A DNA stretch of 64,000 nt, taken from Octopus vulgaris (lineage: Eukaryota). The notes beneath the pieces are model-generated. The model saw only the letters and a program-made list of their open reading frames with translations, did no database searches and had not been told where the DNA came from. Of this stretch, positions 61,835 to 64,000 are shown in pieces. The position numbers and the translations under genes are program-made. The stretch is taken from NCBI GenBank assembly GCA_951406725.2, contig OX597817.1, positions 56,606,001-56,670,000 of the forward strand. Reading direction: 5' to 3'. Within the stretch, counting starts at the first letter, position 1, and every line of letters starts with the position of its first letter.

Positions 61835-62976
61835 ATCAATCCCTCATATCCTCATGCATGTAGCACTCAACATCATCATCTATCTGTACACTAAAAGAAT
61901 GATCAGCTACTTTATATGTATCCGTCAGTTGTTCGAGGTAGTTTAGTTGAAAATTTGGCAACAAGAACTGTAAAAATGAACTGTAACTGTCAGAACAATT
62001 TCCCCTATCCTCTTTACTATGGGAATGAATGTTCCTATAACCAACTTTACTGAGAAAGAGATCTTTTTATGTCGCAATACTATACAGTGGCTGTGTGAGC
62101 AACGAAATCCTCGTCGCCACTGTTATGTCGCACGTTCGGATGCCTCTACTCAACTCTACTCTTTTGCTCTCAACTACTCACTGCTCTAGTCTACTCTCGA
62201 CTCTACCCTGACGTCTAGGCTTCTCCCTCTATATGTACGTATTGGGCTAGCCTACTTCGTCGTCTGGGGCGTCTGGGGCGTCTAAGGATCAATATTGGAA
62301 TCGGACGTTCAGCAACATATAGCAAGAAGTTTCGTGGATGATCACACTGTGATGACCAGCTTGAGTGAAGGCAAGATGGCTGCTAACAGCATAAATTTAT
62401 ATGGCAACGGGAGTCAAGAAGATGTTCAAACCGAGGAAATCTAGGAATATGATAATCAGGAAAAGCAAATTAACATACAGACATAAGACAATAATTACAA
62501 AGTCGAAAGGTGTAAGAGAGACATCAACAAATACTTGCGAAAGTGATTGAAAACTCACACAGGTTTCATGTTTAGTATACCTAAGATATAAGGTCAAAGC
62601 CGCTCCAATTTGTTTTCATTATCTGTGATCGAAGAATTTGAAGCGGCAAAACCCAGGGTTGTAAGGATAATCAGAAAATCTATAAAGAAGTCAAAAACAC
62701 AGGTGTCGCAGGAACAATCAGTGTGCCAGGTGGGTCACAGACGCCTCAGTTGCACTGTATGAAGACGATCACTTCTGGTGCGGAATGCAGTCATCGGAGA
62801 TGAATAAAGAATTCCCTTTAAATCCAATTAATCTCTCTCTCACTCAATTTCATAAACGTATATATGTGCGTGTGTGTGTGTGTATGCATATATACATATA
62901 TATATATATGGATGTACGCATGTACGTATACATATAAGCATATTTATGCTTGCATAAACACACACGCACACACACG

Positions 62977-63014
<38 letters not shown>

Positions 63015-63017
63015 CAC

Positions 63018-63113
<96 letters not shown>

Positions 63114-63366
63114 CATACTTACATATCTACATATATGTATTCATGATTTCACTTCAGTTCTAATAGATACATATATATGTTTACACACATATACCTGAAA
63201 ATGTGTGTGTTTAAGTGTGTGTGTGTGCGTGTTTGCGTGTGTGTGTGCGTGTGTACATATGTATATATAAATATATATATATACACATGCATACAGATAT
63301 AGATATACAGTGAGAGAAAGAGAGACTGCATGTGCGTACGTATGTGAGAGAGAGAGAGAGAGAGAG

Positions 63367-63434
<68 letters not shown>

Positions 63435-63744
63435 CGTGTGATGAACTTCCCCAAAGTTTGCCTTTAGCGTAGAGAGTATATAGTCAAGGCTAACCCATTT
63501 GATGTTCTGAGGCCAAAATATATTTTAATCAACTGAAATCATTACCTTAATGACGAGAAAATTCATTAACGTTACAGAAAATTAATATCAAACGGGGCCA
63601 TTTGGGGGTGGGAGTTCGTTTCTTTTCCCCTTTTAACATTAATTTTCATTAAAGTTAATGAACGGTTCTTCTCATTATGGTTATAATTTCAATTGATTAA
63701 AAATTAATTTCACCTCATCACATCCAGTAATGTTTCACTGCTCT

Positions 63745-63782
<38 letters not shown>

Positions 63783-63877
63783 GCATATGTGCGTATATAT
63801 ATATATATATATATATATACATACGAAGATGTATGTATCTATATATTCTTGCACGCACATATACACACATATATATG

Positions 63878-64000
<123 letters not shown>

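Larger units (their letters stand above)
60100..62820 (+). pseudogene. Degraded Hero/R2-group non-LTR retrotransposon RT, interrupted by nested insertions
   Basis: Colinear motifs: FVTKEENL..LFRT; GCLEHTKVLIQVIQEAK; GDLSVVWIDL; SIPH; TISPILFTMGMN; FVDDHTVMT; MFKPRKSRNMIIRK; KYLRK. 5' boundary approximate. Confidence 0.8.

Overview
AT-rich, microsatellite-saturated eukaryotic non-coding DNA. The SINE families, (TA)n/(TG)n/(TATG)n/(TAGA)n density and repeat make-up strongly suggest an octopus (coleoid cephalopod) genome; this is inferred from recognition, not from a search. I see no host gene: nearly all track ORFs are translations of simple repeats. Supportable content: a decayed Penelope-like element (Neptune-type RT thumb, Cys4 finger, GIY-YIG; 7341-8775), LINE remnants (Hero/R2-group, RTE, R4/Dong), a degraded piggyBac transposase, two non-autonomous Helitrons, several MITEs and four SINE families. 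The most notable signal is a dense set of minimal type I hammerhead-ribozyme (HHR) motifs, about 8 well formed plus several degenerate. They lie in short non-coding cassettes embedded in (TA)n tracts, mostly as fold-back inverted repeats and once as a 554-bp partial tandem. About a dozen local inverted repeats occur in 64 kb, and some carry traces of having formed in place by snap-back copying. Coordinates were counted by hand and may be a few bases off.
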